From an uncultured delta proteobacterium (lineage in GTDB: Bacteria; Myxococcota; Myxococcia; Myxococcales; Anaeromyxobacteraceae), in contig CAWFDF010000008.1 of the NCBI GenBank assembly GCA_963814585.1, positions 96,001 through 160,000 on the forward strand: a DNA stretch of 64,000 nt, written 5' to 3'. The notes beneath the pieces are model-generated. The model was not told the origin of the DNA and ran no database searches. It was given only the letters and a program-made list of their open reading frames with translations. Made by a program: the position numbers and the translations under genes. Shown piece by piece: positions 53,519-64,000 of the stretch (positions are counted from its first letter, which is position 1; each line of letters begins with the position of its first letter).

Positions 53519-54271
53519 ATGTACAACCTCCTCATCAGCGCCGCCGCCGGGGCCCTGGTCGCCCTCGCCATCTCCTTCGGGACCAGCTTCGGCTGGGTGG
53601 CCGCCTTCCTTCCAGGCCTGGTGGTCACGGCGGTCAGCTACTTCGCCATCTCCTTCCGGATCCGCAAGCGCCTGGAGGCCATCAACGCCACCATGCAGAA
53701 GGAGCTGATGGCCCGCCACGTCGAGAAGGCGGTGGCGGCCCTCCAGTCCGGCTTCCCGCTGGGGCGCTGGCAGTTCCTGGCGGCCGGGCAGCTCCACGCC
53801 TCCATCGGCATGCTGCGCTACATCACCGACGACCTCGAGGCCGCCCTCCCCGAGCTGGAGGCCGGGCAGCCTCGCGGCTGGCTGGCAAAGCTGCTCAACC
53901 GCGACTGGCTCTCCCGGGGCATCCTCGCCGCCGCCCGGTATCGCAGGAAGGACCTCCCGGGCGCCTGGGCCCTGCTCGAGGAGGCGGTCAAGGTGGCGCC
54001 CAAGGAGGGCCTGGCCTGGTCCACCTACGCCTGGCTGCTCGAGAAGGAGGGCCGGCACGACGACGCCGTGACCGTGCTGGGGCGCGGCGCCCGGGCGGCA
54101 CCCAACGACGAGAAGCTCAAGGAGTCGCTGCAGGCGCTCCAGAATGGCAAGAAGCTCAAGCTCTGGAAGCTCTACGGCGAGCAGTGGTACCAGTTCCGGC
54201 TCGAGCCCCCGCGCATGGAGATGGACCCGGCCGCGGCCCGGAGCCGCCGGCAGCTCTTCCGCAAGCGCTGA
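53519..54271 (+). CDS. Membrane-anchored TPR protein
   Basis: GGAG RBS; two N-terminal TM segments; TPR-like AWSTYAWLLEKEGRHDDAVTVL. Confidence 0.7.
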   Translation: MYNLLISAAAGALVALAISFGTSFGWVAAFLPGLVVTAVSYFAISFRIRKRLEAINATMQKELMARHVEKAVAALQSGFPLGRWQFLAAGQLHASIGMLRYITDDLEAALPELEAGQPRGWLAKLLNRDWLSRGILAAARYRRKDLPGAWALLEEAVKVAPKEGLAWSTYAWLLEKEGRHDDAVTVLGRGARAAPNDEKLKESLQALQNGKKLKLWKLYGEQWYQFRLEPPRMEMDPAAARSRRQLFRKR

Positions 54272-54277
54272 CGCGCG

Positions 54278-54312
54278 GGCCTGGGCGCTCCCGACCGGGA
54301 GCGCTAGACGCC
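54278..54312 (-). promoter_or_regulatory. Putative bacterial SECIS element
   Basis: Directly 3' of the UGA: GGCGTCTA-GCGCTCCC-GGTC-GGGAGCGC-CCAGGCC; 8-bp upper stem, apical loop GGUC starting 17 nt after UGA. Confidence 0.7.
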
Positions 54313-54534
54313 TCAGGTCCCGCCGAAGCCGACCGTGATGCGGCCTCGCTCGACGATGAGCGGCACCCGCCGCTCACCGCCCGACAGCTCCAGGAAGCGG
54401 GACATCGCGGCCGGATCCGCCTTGACGTCGAAGTACTCCACCGGATGGCCGCGGGCCGCGTAGTCCTTGCGGGCGGCGCTGGTGTAGCCGCAGCTCTCCT
54501 TGCCGTAGATCTGGACCGCTTCCCGGTTCGCCAT
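54304..54534 (-). CDS. Glutaredoxin-like UXX-star (seleno)protein; UGA at 54315-54313 read as Sec
   Basis: MANREAVQIYGKESCGYT..RRVPLIVERGRITVGFGGT-TGA-GGC-GTC-TAG. Confidence 0.8.
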
Positions 54535-54542
54535 GGTTCCTC

Positions 54543-55052
<510 letters not shown>

Positions 55053-55162
55053 CGTCCCTCCGGTGGCTCCCCGTGAGCCCGCATGCTACCCCACCGCTCC
55101 GACGCCGGAGTCCGGTCAGGAACCGTGCCGCCGGCCCTGCTGCGTAGTAGGCTGGCGCCACG

Positions 55163-56692
55163 ATGAACACGCTGGGACCCGACACCATCATCGGGATCGA
55201 TCTGGGCACCTCCAACTCGTGCGCCGCGGTCGCCTACGGCGACGGCCAGGTGAAGCTCATCCCCTACAAGGGCGGGGAGTCGATCATCCCGTCCATCTTC
55301 GCCATCGACGACAAGGGCAACGAGCTGATCGGCCACGAGGCCAAGCGGCAGTGGCAGCTCAACCCGCGCAACACGCTCTACGCCACCAAGCGGCTCATCG
55401 GCCGGGCCCCCAAGGACGACGTGGTCGAGTCGGTGCAGCGGTCGGTCCAGTACCAGGTCCACGCCGGCGCCGAGAACGACGTGGCCGTCGACTGCCATGG
55501 CCACGCCTTCTCGGTCCACGAGGTCAGCGCCAAGATCCTGCACAAGATCCGCGACGTGGCCGCCGACCACCTCGGCTTCAAGGTGACCCGGGCGGTGGTG
55601 ACCGTCCCCGCCTACTTCACCGATCGCCAGCGGCAGGCGGTCAAGGAGGCGGGGCGGCTGGTCGACCTCGAGGTGGTCCGGATCATCAACGAGCCCACGG
55701 CGGCGGCGCTGGCCTACGGCCTCGGCAAGCAGCTCGACCAGCGCGTGCTGGTCTACGACCTGGGCGGCGGCACCTTCGACGTCTCCATCATCGAGATCCG
55801 GGACCGCGTCTTCGAGGTGAAGGCCACCGGCGGGGACATCTTCCTGGGCGGCATCGACTTCGACAACGCCATGATCGGCCACGTGCTGGCCGGCTTCCAG
55901 GCCAAGCACGGCATCGACCTCTCCACCGACCCGGTCGCCATGCAGCGCATCAAGGACCTGGCCGAGCGGACCAAGATCGATCTCTCCTCACGCACCGAGG
56001 CCCCCTTCTCCATCCCCTTCATCACCATGACCGCGCAGGGGCAGCCGCTCAACCTGGAGGTCAAGTTCGACCGCGCGCTGCTGGAGAAGCTGACCTACCC
56101 GCTGGTCGATCGCACCCTCAAGATCCTCGGCTCGGTGATGGTGGACGCCGGCGTCACCGCCGCCGACATCGACGAGGTGATGCTGGTGGGCGGCCAGACC
56201 CGCATGCCGATCGTGCAGGACCGCCTCACCAGGTTCTTCGGGAAGCCGCCGTCCAAGGGCGTCCACCCCGACGAGGCGGTGGCCATCGGCGCCGCGCTCT
56301 ACGGCTGGTCGCTGCAGGAGAACAGCGACCTCAAGCTGCAGCTGCTCGACGTCATCCCCATGGCCATCGGCCTCGAGCAGGCGGGCGGTGCCATGCACGT
56401 GATCTTCCCCCGGAACGCCCCCATTCCCAACGCCAAGGCCATCGCCGCCACCAGCTCCGTGGACGGCCAGACCGAGCTGGTGGTGCGCATGTTCCAGGGC
56501 GATCAGGTCGAGACCATCGAGAACGAGCTGCTCGGCGAGTTCACCTTCAGCGGCGTGAACCCCGGGCAGGCCGGACAGGCCCGCCTGGAGATCCTCTTCG
56601 AGGTGAGCATCGAGGGCATCCTGACCATGAGCGCCCGCGACGTCGACAGCGGGCGGCAGATGAAGACCACGGTCCGCGTCACCTCGGGCTGA
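55163..56692 (+). CDS. Hsp70-family protein lacking the C-terminal lid
   Basis: GIDLGTSNS, TVPAYF, DLGGGTFD, LLDVIP; ends after the beta-sandwich at 509 aa. Confidence 0.88.
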   Translation: MNTLGPDTIIGIDLGTSNSCAAVAYGDGQVKLIPYKGGESIIPSIFAIDDKGNELIGHEAKRQWQLNPRNTLYATKRLIGRAPKDDVVESVQRSVQYQVHAGAENDVAVDCHGHAFSVHEVSAKILHKIRDVAADHLGFKVTRAVVTVPAYFTDRQRQAVKEAGRLVDLEVVRIINEPTAAALAYGLGKQLDQRVLVYDLGGGTFDVSIIEIRDRVFEVKATGGDIFLGGIDFDNAMIGHVLAGFQAKHGIDLSTDPVAMQRIKDLAERTKIDLSSRTEAPFSIPFITMTAQGQPLNLEVKFDRALLEKLTYPLVDRTLKILGSVMVDAGVTAADIDEVMLVGGQTRMPIVQDRLTRFFGKPPSKGVHPDEAVAIGAALYGWSLQENSDLKLQLLDVIPMAIGLEQAGGAMHVIFPRNAPIPNAKAIAATSSVDGQTELVVRMFQGDQVETIENELLGEFTFSGVNPGQAGQARLEILFEVSIEGILTMSARDVDSGRQMKTTVRVTSG

Positions 56693-56725
56693 AGGCCGGC
56701 GCCGGAGCTTCGCGGCCCCTCGCCA

Positions 56726-58012
<1,287 letters not shown>

Positions 58013-58138
58013 TCGTGCCCTCTCCCCCGCGATGGTACCAGAATCGCGGCGGCCCCCAAGAACCAGGGCCGCCTCACCTTCTTAACCCGGACCTGTCCGG
58101 TCCGCCCGTTCCCGGCCAGGCCCGGACCCGACCGGTGC

Positions 58139-58756
58139 TCAGGCGTCTCCCCCGAGGCCCTCCAGCTCCTCGGCCAGCGCCTCGGCGCGTGCGGTGAGCG
58201 CGCGCGGGACCGCTCCGTCGGCGGCGCAGGCCTCGGCCAGGCGCCGGGCCGCCGCGGCCAGCCTCCCCAGCCGCTCGGCTCGCGGGGGGCGCGGCGCCCT
58301 GGGCTCCGGGCCGAACTTCTCGGCCAGCGTCCTCGTCATCGCCGCCGGGGTCGGCGGCCGGTCGATGACCTCGTCGCGGAGCTCCCGCCAGCCGTCGGCC
58401 GAGAGCCGCCCGGCCGCCTCGGCCCGCGACAGCACCTCGATCACCTCGAAGGGCGGTGCCTTCCCGTCCCCCAGCCCCTGGGCCAGCCCCGGCTCGTGCC
58501 GCTCCAGGAAGCCGTAGCTGGCGGTCAGCTTCTCGGCCGTGGCCTTGCGGACGAAGAGCTCGGAGGCGCAGTAGCGGTCGAAGCTCGGATACCCCCACTC
58601 GCGCCAGAGCTCGCCGCGGCGCACCTCGGAGAGCAGCCGGGCGAACTCGACCCAGGCCGCCTTGAAGCGGCGCGCCCCCTCGATGACCCGCCGCCTGGTC
58701 GAGCCCGGCGGCAGCCCCTCGGCCCGGGCCGCCAGCGACTCGGAGGCCCCGCTCAC
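58139..58756 (-). CDS. Hypothetical protein
   Basis: RRFKAAWVEFARLLSEVR..WREWGYPSFDRYC..EL..KLTASYGFL; GTG overlaps the upstream stop. Confidence 0.65.
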   Translation of the reverse strand: MSGASESLAARAEGLPPGSTRRRVIEGARRFKAAWVEFARLLSEVRRGELWREWGYPSFDRYCASELFVRKATAEKLTASYGFLERHEPGLAQGLGDGKAPPFEVIEVLSRAEAAGRLSADGWRELRDEVIDRPPTPAAMTRTLAEKFGPEPRAPRPPRAERLGRLAAAARRLAEACAADGAVPRALTARAEALAEELEGLGGDA

Positions 58757-59631
58757 TTCCCCACCCTGAAGACCAGCGCCACGCTGGGGCGCTGACCCGG
58801 GAACCTGTCGAACGACCAGCCGGAGAGCACGCGCTCGAAGCAGTCGCGCAGCGCGCCCTGGCGCATCCTGGGGTCGGTGATGGCCACGCGGACCACCTTG
58901 CCCTCGTTGCCGATGGTGAACTCGAGCGGCACCTCCCCGGCGAAGCCGGGCACCCGCTCCGCCTCGGCGCGCAGGCACGGCGCCAGCGACCGCTGCTGCC
59001 GGCCCACCACCTCCTGGATCCGCCCCGCGTCGAACTGGGTGGCCACCAGCTCGCCACCTTCGGCCGATCCCGCCGAGGGCCCCGCCGCCGGACGGGTGAG
59101 GCGGGAGCCATCGGACCGTCGCGGGGCGGGGGCGTCGGGCGTCAGCGCCACCTCGACCTCGCCCGGCCCCCCGCGGCCGGCCACCGCGATGCGAGCCGGC
59201 GCGGCGATGGAGATGCCGGCGCCGAAGTCGTCGAGCAGCGGGCTGCGATCGCCACGCTGGCCGAGCCAGAGCGCCAGCCCGCCGGCGCCACCCACCAGCG
59301 CCACGGCGCCGAGCAGGAGCCCGGCCGTCCTGGTCCAGGCCCGCCTGGCCCGCAGCGCGCGGGCCCCGGTGACCTCCTGCTCCACGCGCAGGGCTGCCTC
59401 GGCCTTCTTCACGTGGAGGAGGAGCTGCGGGACCTGGGCGGCCGGATGCCAGGTCCCGTCGCCGGAGGAGACGAGCGACGCGGCGTGCAGCTCTCCGCGA
59501 TAGAGCAGCTGGGCCAGCCGGAGTCCCTCGACCGGGCCGTAGACCCGGCCCTCGCGCTGGAACAGCCAGTCACCGCCCTCCAGGGTGGGGTCGTCGATGG
59601 TGATCTCGGGGGGACGGATCGGATCGGGCAT
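58753..59631 (-). CDS. GYF_2-like domain, TM, and AgmX/PglI (TonB-C-like) C-terminal domain
   Basis: WLFQREGRVYGPV..GTWHP; TM segment; LAPCL..GEVPLEFTIGNEGKV..CFERVLSGWSF. Confidence 0.7.
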   Translation of the reverse strand: MPDPIRPPEITIDDPTLEGGDWLFQREGRVYGPVEGLRLAQLLYRGELHAASLVSSGDGTWHPAAQVPQLLLHVKKAEAALRVEQEVTGARALRARRAWTRTAGLLLGAVALVGGAGGLALWLGQRGDRSPLLDDFGAGISIAAPARIAVAGRGGPGEVEVALTPDAPAPRRSDGSRLTRPAAGPSAGSAEGGELVATQFDAGRIQEVVGRQQRSLAPCLRAEAERVPGFAGEVPLEFTIGNEGKVVRVAITDPRMRQGALRDCFERVLSGWSFDRFPGQRPSVALVFRVGK

Positions 59632-59693
59632 GCCGCGGGCGCGCTCCCAGGCGGCTCGCGCCGGGCGAAGAGGCGTGCTCAAATTACCATGAC

Positions 59694-60479
59694 GTGGAAC
59701 GGCGCCGCTACGCACTCCGACTGGCCTACGACGGGCGCGCCTTCCGCGGCTTCCAGCGGCAGCCCGGCCTGCCGACCGTGCAGGCGGCGCTCGAGACGGC
59801 GCTCCGGCCGCTCGGCGTCGGCGGGCCCCTGCAGGTGGCGGCCAGGACCGATGCCGGGGTCTCGGCGCTCGACCAGGTGGTCGGCTTCTCGGCTCGCCTC
59901 GACCTCGACCTCGAGGCGCTCCGGCACGCCGTCAACGCGGCGACCCCCGACTCGCTCCTTTGTCTCGCCGCCGCGCGCGCTCCGCCTCACTTCCATGCCC
60001 GCGCCTCGGCGCAGGGGCGGCGCTACGTCTACCTGGTCGGCTCGCCACCACCGCCCGTCCTGGCGCCGTGGTGCTGGACGCTCCCCGACGAACGGGCCTT
60101 CCCCGGGCTGGCCTGCCGGCTGCCCGACGCGAGCCTGGTCCGCGAGACGCTGGCCCACGCCATCGGCGAGCACGACTTCTTCGGCTTCGCGCGGCCCGGT
60201 GACCAGCGTGGATCGGTGAGGACCCTGACCGGCGTCGAGGTGATCTCGGCCACCGACGCGCCCCTGCTGGCGGTGGTGCTGGATGGGCGCGGGTTCCTGC
60301 GTGCCATGGTCCGGAACCTGGTCGGCACGGCGGTCGCCGCGGGGCTGGGCCTCGGTCCGACGACCCTGATCCGCGACCTGCTGGCGCGGCGCGAGCGCTA
60401 CCGGGGGGTCCGCGCTCCGGGCTGGGGTCTCACGCTGGCGAGCGTGAGCTACCCCCCGGGTATGCTGGAGTGGCGCTGA
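59694..60479 (+). CDS. truA: tRNA pseudouridine(38-40) synthase
   Basis: LAYDGRAFRGFQRQ, ARTDAGV, FHAR, GFLRAMVRNLVG. Confidence 0.88.
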   Translation: MERRRYALRLAYDGRAFRGFQRQPGLPTVQAALETALRPLGVGGPLQVAARTDAGVSALDQVVGFSARLDLDLEALRHAVNAATPDSLLCLAAARAPPHFHARASAQGRRYVYLVGSPPPPVLAPWCWTLPDERAFPGLACRLPDASLVRETLAHAIGEHDFFGFARPGDQRGSVRTLTGVEVISATDAPLLAVVLDGRGFLRAMVRNLVGTAVAAGLGLGPTTLIRDLLARRERYRGVRAPGWGLTLASVSYPPGMLEWR

Positions 60480-60483
60480 CGCG

Positions 60484-60696
60484 TCAGTGGGAGGCGTCGG
60501 CCTCGCCCGCCAGCGGGTGGCGCCCGTACTTGAGCAGCAGGTCGCCGACGGCCTCGCGCAGGTAGTCCGACTGGCGGACGCGAGTCCGCTTGGCCAGGTT
60601 CCTGAGTTCGGTGGCGAACGCCGGCGGGAGGCGCACCAGCATTGGCTCCAGTCGGTTGGCCGGCTCGGACGGGACGGTGTCGAACTCTGTGGTCAT
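60484..60696 (-). CDS. Ribbon-helix-helix DNA-binding protein
   Basis: GGAG RBS; LRNLAKRTRVRQSDYLREAVGDLLLKY. Confidence 0.75.
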   Translation of the reverse strand: MTTEFDTVPSEPANRLEPMLVRLPPAFATELRNLAKRTRVRQSDYLREAVGDLLLKYGRHPLAGEADASH

Positions 60697-60799
60697 ATGT
60701 AGGCTCCAGGGGTGCATTGACTACGTTTACCTACACGCTACCACCTGATAGCAACCGCGCAAGAATCCGGCAATTGGACCCATCCGGGATGGTCCAGGC

Positions 60800-61357
60800 C
60801 TACCAGCGGAGCTGCACCCCGGACCCGAGCCCCACGCTGGTGATGCGCGCCTCGCCATAGCCACCGCTGAAGCGGGCTGCGGCGTAGAAGCCCCAGGCCC
60901 GCGACGGGTCGTAGGCCAGACCGAGCCCGGCCAGGCCCCCCACCGCCACACGTGAGGCGAGGTTGGCCCAGAGGCCGATCTCGATGAAGGTCTTCAGCTC
61001 CTCCGAGCCGAAGTAGGCCCGGTAGCGGGCGTCGACGCCATAGAGGCACTTCACCTCGTCCGGATCGGACCAGTCGCCGAGCCGGGCCATGCCGCCCACC
61101 TGGAGCTCGTCCCCCTCACCGCTCACGTCGATGCTCCAGGCCAGCCGGAGCGACGGCCGAACGCTGGCGCTGGTGAGCCCTTCGACCACCACCGAGTCCC
61201 GGGCCAGCCCCAGCTCGGCCAGCACCCCCTGCTGGTCGCGGTGGTCGAAGCGCGGCTCGAAGGCGCTGGCGCCCACCGGCGCCACCAGGGCCGCAGCCGC
61301 CAGGGCCAGGACACGAGCCGCCACGCCCGAGGCGCCCGGTGCCGCGCCTCCACTCAC
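60800..61357 (-). CDS. Probable small outer-membrane beta-barrel protein
   Basis: Signal peptide ending ASA, alternating hydrophobic strands, terminal GVQLRW. Confidence 0.6.
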   Translation of the reverse strand: MSGGAAPGASGVAARVLALAAAALVAPVGASAFEPRFDHRDQQGVLAELGLARDSVVVEGLTSASVRPSLRLAWSIDVSGEGDELQVGGMARLGDWSDPDEVKCLYGVDARYRAYFGSEELKTFIEIGLWANLASRVAVGGLAGLGLAYDPSRAWGFYAAARFSGGYGEARITSVGLGSGVQLRW

Positions 61358-62214
61358 GGTGCCACCACCGGCAGCGAGATGCCGGCCAGCTCGTTCATCC
61401 GGCCCGACCGGAACGGCTCGAGGTCCAGCGCCGCGCTGCGGAACCCGGCTTGCTTGACCGCCGCCGCCAGCGCCTCCCGCCGCGCGAAGGCCCCGGCCAG
61501 CTCCTCCTCGGACACCTCGAGCCTCGCCACCTCGCCGTGGTGACGCACGCGGAAGCTCCGCAGCCCGAGCGCTCGCACCGCCGCCTCGGCGCGCTCCACC
61601 TGCCCGAGCCGCTCGGGCGTCACCGGCGTGCCGTAAGGGATCCGCGACGCCAGGCAGGCCAGCTGCGGCTTGTCCCAGGTCGGCAGTCCGAGCGCCTGGC
61701 TCCAGGCCCGGATGGCCGCCTTGCCCAGGCCGGCCTCGGCCAGCGGCGAGCGGACCTCGGCCTCGGCGGCGGCGCGGTGTCCGGGCCGATGGTCGAGGCG
61801 ATCGTCGGCGTTGAAGCCATCGGCGATCACCGTCATCCCCTCCCGCCGGGCCACCTCGCGGCAGCGCTGGTAGAGCTCCCGCTTGCAGAAGTAGCAGCGC
61901 TGATCCGTGTTGGCCTGGTACCCAGGGTCCTCCCCTTCCCGGCTCACGACCTCGAGGTGCCGGGCCCCGAGCCGGGCGGCCAGGTCGCGCGCCGCGATCC
62001 GCTCCGCCTCGGGGACGCTGGGCGAGTGGGCCGTGACGGCGAGGACGCCCTCGCCGAGCACCTCGCGGCCGACCGCCAGCAGGAACGTGGAGTCGACTCC
62101 CCCCGAGAAGGCCACCACCATCCGGCCGAAGCCCGCCAGCTGCCGCCGGAGCAGCTCCAGGTGCGGGCGCGTCGCCAGCCTGAGCTCTTCGAGGTCACCC
62201 TGCATGGCGTCCAT
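61354..62214 (-). CDS. larE: LarE-like ATP-dependent sacrificial sulfur transferase
   Basis: AFSGGVDS PP-loop, RCYFCK, DHRPG, WDKPQLACLASRIPYG, RVRHHG. Confidence 0.88.
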   Translation of the reverse strand: MDAMQGDLEELRLATRPHLELLRRQLAGFGRMVVAFSGGVDSTFLLAVGREVLGEGVLAVTAHSPSVPEAERIAARDLAARLGARHLEVVSREGEDPGYQANTDQRCYFCKRELYQRCREVARREGMTVIADGFNADDRLDHRPGHRAAAEAEVRSPLAEAGLGKAAIRAWSQALGLPTWDKPQLACLASRIPYGTPVTPERLGQVERAEAAVRALGLRSFRVRHHGEVARLEVSEEELAGAFARREALAAAVKQAGFRSAALDLEPFRSGRMNELAGISLPVVAP

Positions 62215-62257
62215 CGTACCGCGGCGGCACCCGCGCCGGCGGGACGTCGCCGGGGCG

Positions 62258-62956
62258 TCAGCGCCTCTTCTTGGTCGGGCTGGCCGCCTTGGCGGGAGCC
62301 CTCTTCGCCAGCGCGATCTTGATGACCCGGGGCGGCTTCTCGCCCCTGGCGACCTTCCCGGCCTTGCTCTTGCGCTTCGGCTTGAGGCCTCCGGTGAGCC
62401 GCCCGAACTCGGTGGGACCGATGAACTTGCCGTCGACCAGGGTCTGGAAGATCCGCGTCAGGCTCGCCTCGACCGGCTCCTGGTCGGTGTGGAGCACCAG
62501 CTCGGCGTGCACCGGCGGCTCGTACGGGAGGTCGACGCCGGCCACCTGGGTGACCTCGCCGGTCATCGCCTTCTTGTAGTAGGCGTCCTTGCCGTCGCGA
62601 TCCATCAGCTTCTCGATGGTGCAGTCGACGAAGACCTCGACGAACCGGCGCGCCTCGCGCCGCAGCTGCTCGCGCGGCTCGCGGAAAGGTGAGAGCGCGG
62701 CGCAGACCGCGATGCCCCCGGCCCTGGCCACGGCCTTGGCCGTGTAGCCGAAGCGCTTCACGGCCATGACCTGGCCATCCTTGGACGGCCCGAGCCCCTC
62801 GATGAGGAACTTGGCCTCGCCGTCCTCGTCGAGCAGCTGGACCACGCGGCCGGCCTGCGCCAGCCGGAGCGCCAGCTGGTTGGCGAGCGTGGTCTTCCCG
62901 GCCTTCTTCATGCCGGTCAGCCAGATGATGAACCCGGTGCTCTGCTGAAAGTCCAT
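62258..62956 (-). CDS. cysC: Adenylyl-sulfate kinase-like protein with basic tail
   Basis: IWLTGMKKAGKTT, LSPFRE, FVEVFVDC, GVDLPYEPP. Confidence 0.8.
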   Translation of the reverse strand: MDFQQSTGFIIWLTGMKKAGKTTLANQLALRLAQAGRVVQLLDEDGEAKFLIEGLGPSKDGQVMAVKRFGYTAKAVARAGGIAVCAALSPFREPREQLRREARRFVEVFVDCTIEKLMDRDGKDAYYKKAMTGEVTQVAGVDLPYEPPVHAELVLHTDQEPVEASLTRIFQTLVDGKFIGPTEFGRLTGGLKPKRKSKAGKVARGEKPPRVIKIALAKRAPAKAASPTKKRR

Positions 62957-63070
62957 GCAGACCTCGAGACGGGGTGAACAGAGAGTATATCCCGCCACCT
63001 CGCCCAAACCAAGTGGAGTTCGCAGGTCTGGGTTCGTTTTCCTGCGTTCTGTCGGCAGGTTAGGCCGAGT

Positions 63071-63517
63071 TCACCCTTGCGGGGGATCCAGGCGGTCTGG
63101 CCACACGTCGGAGGGCTCGAAGGCGTGGCCGGTCCACCGGTGGGCCCGGATGGCGGTCACCCGCCCTCCTTCCAGGGCCACCACCAGCTGCGCCACGCCG
63201 CCCAGGAACGGGGCGCCACCGGCCAGCGCACCGTCCAGGTCCCGGGTCGAGAGGCCGGCCCCACCGGCAAGGTGGGAGTGGTAGATGGCGACCACCTCTC
63301 CGCCGGTCTCGTCGAGCCGCTGCATGGCCAGGAGCAGCCCGTTCGGCTCGAGCTCGAAGGCGGTCGCCGGCGTCGGGGAGGCGTTGGCGATCGGCCACGC
63401 CGCCACCTCACCCCCCGGGCTCCGGACCAGCAGCCCGCAGACCTCCTCCGCGGGGGCGGCCTCGGCCAGCGCCACCAGTCGGGGCAGCGGCCAGCCTGCG
63501 CCACGCTCAGGGGTCAC
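63071..63517 (-). CDS. JAB/Mov34 (MPN+) metalloprotease
   Basis: EEVCGLL and JAMM motif YHSHLAGGAGLSTRD. Confidence 0.85.
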   Translation of the reverse strand: MTPERGAGWPLPRLVALAEAAPAEEVCGLLVRSPGGEVAAWPIANASPTPATAFELEPNGLLLAMQRLDETGGEVVAIYHSHLAGGAGLSTRDLDGALAGGAPFLGGVAQLVVALEGGRVTAIRAHRWTGHAFEPSDVWPDRLDPPQG

Positions 63518-64000
63518 TCGCGGGGACCTCGCCGCAGACGCAGCCCGGGAGCCGCTGGGTGGCTCGGAGGGTGGGGACGCCCCGGACCACGTCGATCCGC
63601 CGGCCCTCCTTCGCGTCCGGCTCGACCAGCAGGCGCAGCAGCTCCTGGGCGGCCAGCGAGGCCAGCGCCAGCGCCCCTGGCACGGGCGGGCGCCCACCCG
63701 CGGCGGAGAAGCGCCCGCAGGCAAAGCACGGGGCGCCGGGCGGGACCGAGACCACCTGGCCCGCCTCCCCGTCCAGCTCCAGGACCACGTGCGGGATCCT
63801 CGCGCGGCGCGCCACCTCGGCGGACGCCAGACCCTCCGCCGACGCCGAGGCACAGATGAGCGCCGCCGTGGGCACGGCACCGGCCGGGTACGGGCGCGCC
63901 GAGACGAAGCGGGACAGCGCGCCGAGCGCCGCCGCGGCCGCCCGCGCCCTCGGCTGCCCGACCTCCTCCGGCCGGTAGAGCCAGCCCGCCTGGTCGGCCG
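63507..64000 (-). CDS. ThiF/MoeB-like E1-fold protein (partial; 5' end outside the window)
   Basis: Frame open to the window edge: WLYRPEEVGQPRARAAAAALGAL, PGAPCFAC, GCVC. Confidence 0.7.
   Translation of the reverse strand, partial: ADQAGWLYRPEEVGQPRARAAAAALGALSRFVSARPYPAGAVPTAALICASASAEGLASAEVARRARIPHVVLELDGEAGQVVSVPPGAPCFACGRFSAAGGRPPVPGALALASLAAQELLRLLVEPDAKEGRRIDVVRGVPTLRATQRLPGCVCGEVPASDP

Overview
Very GC-rich chromosomal window, most likely from an Anaeromyxobacter-like member of Myxococcota (inferred from gene content and order). From left to right it holds: an SOS mutagenesis cassette (imuA, imuB, dnaE2) split by about 3.3 kb carrying a BrnT/BrnA-type toxin-antitoxin pair, a membrane protein and a beta-lactamase-family lipoprotein; thioredoxin and RegB/RegA; dciA, a CAP lipoprotein, a lytic transglycosylase, rnd and psuG; an isolated FliH/FliI/FliJ (SctL/N/O) trio; an alternative sigma factor; the tRNA-tuf-rpmG-secE-nusG-rplKAJL-rpoBC cluster; rlmB, rimK, dnaK, phoH, a GGDEF protein and ftsB; a Fur-box-controlled fur-feoB-Cys-rich-DtxR/FeoA operon; tRNA-Leu; a UGA/SECIS selenoprotein candidate; a second Hsp70, clpX and truA; and a ThiF-JAB-CysC-LarE cluster. 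rpoB and rpoC carry many frameshifts and one in-frame stop, so the assembly has consensus errors and any apparent pseudogene here is suspect. The most unusual observations are: (1) two inverted, diverged 56-nt elements at 3-58 and 246-301 whose differences are mostly compensatory stem changes, a covarying structure I cannot name; (2) a duplicated 66-bp LexA-box promoter in front of both halves of the split imu cassette; (3) a C-terminal U-G-V selenoprotein that the ORF track misses. All calls come from reading the sequence; no searches were run.
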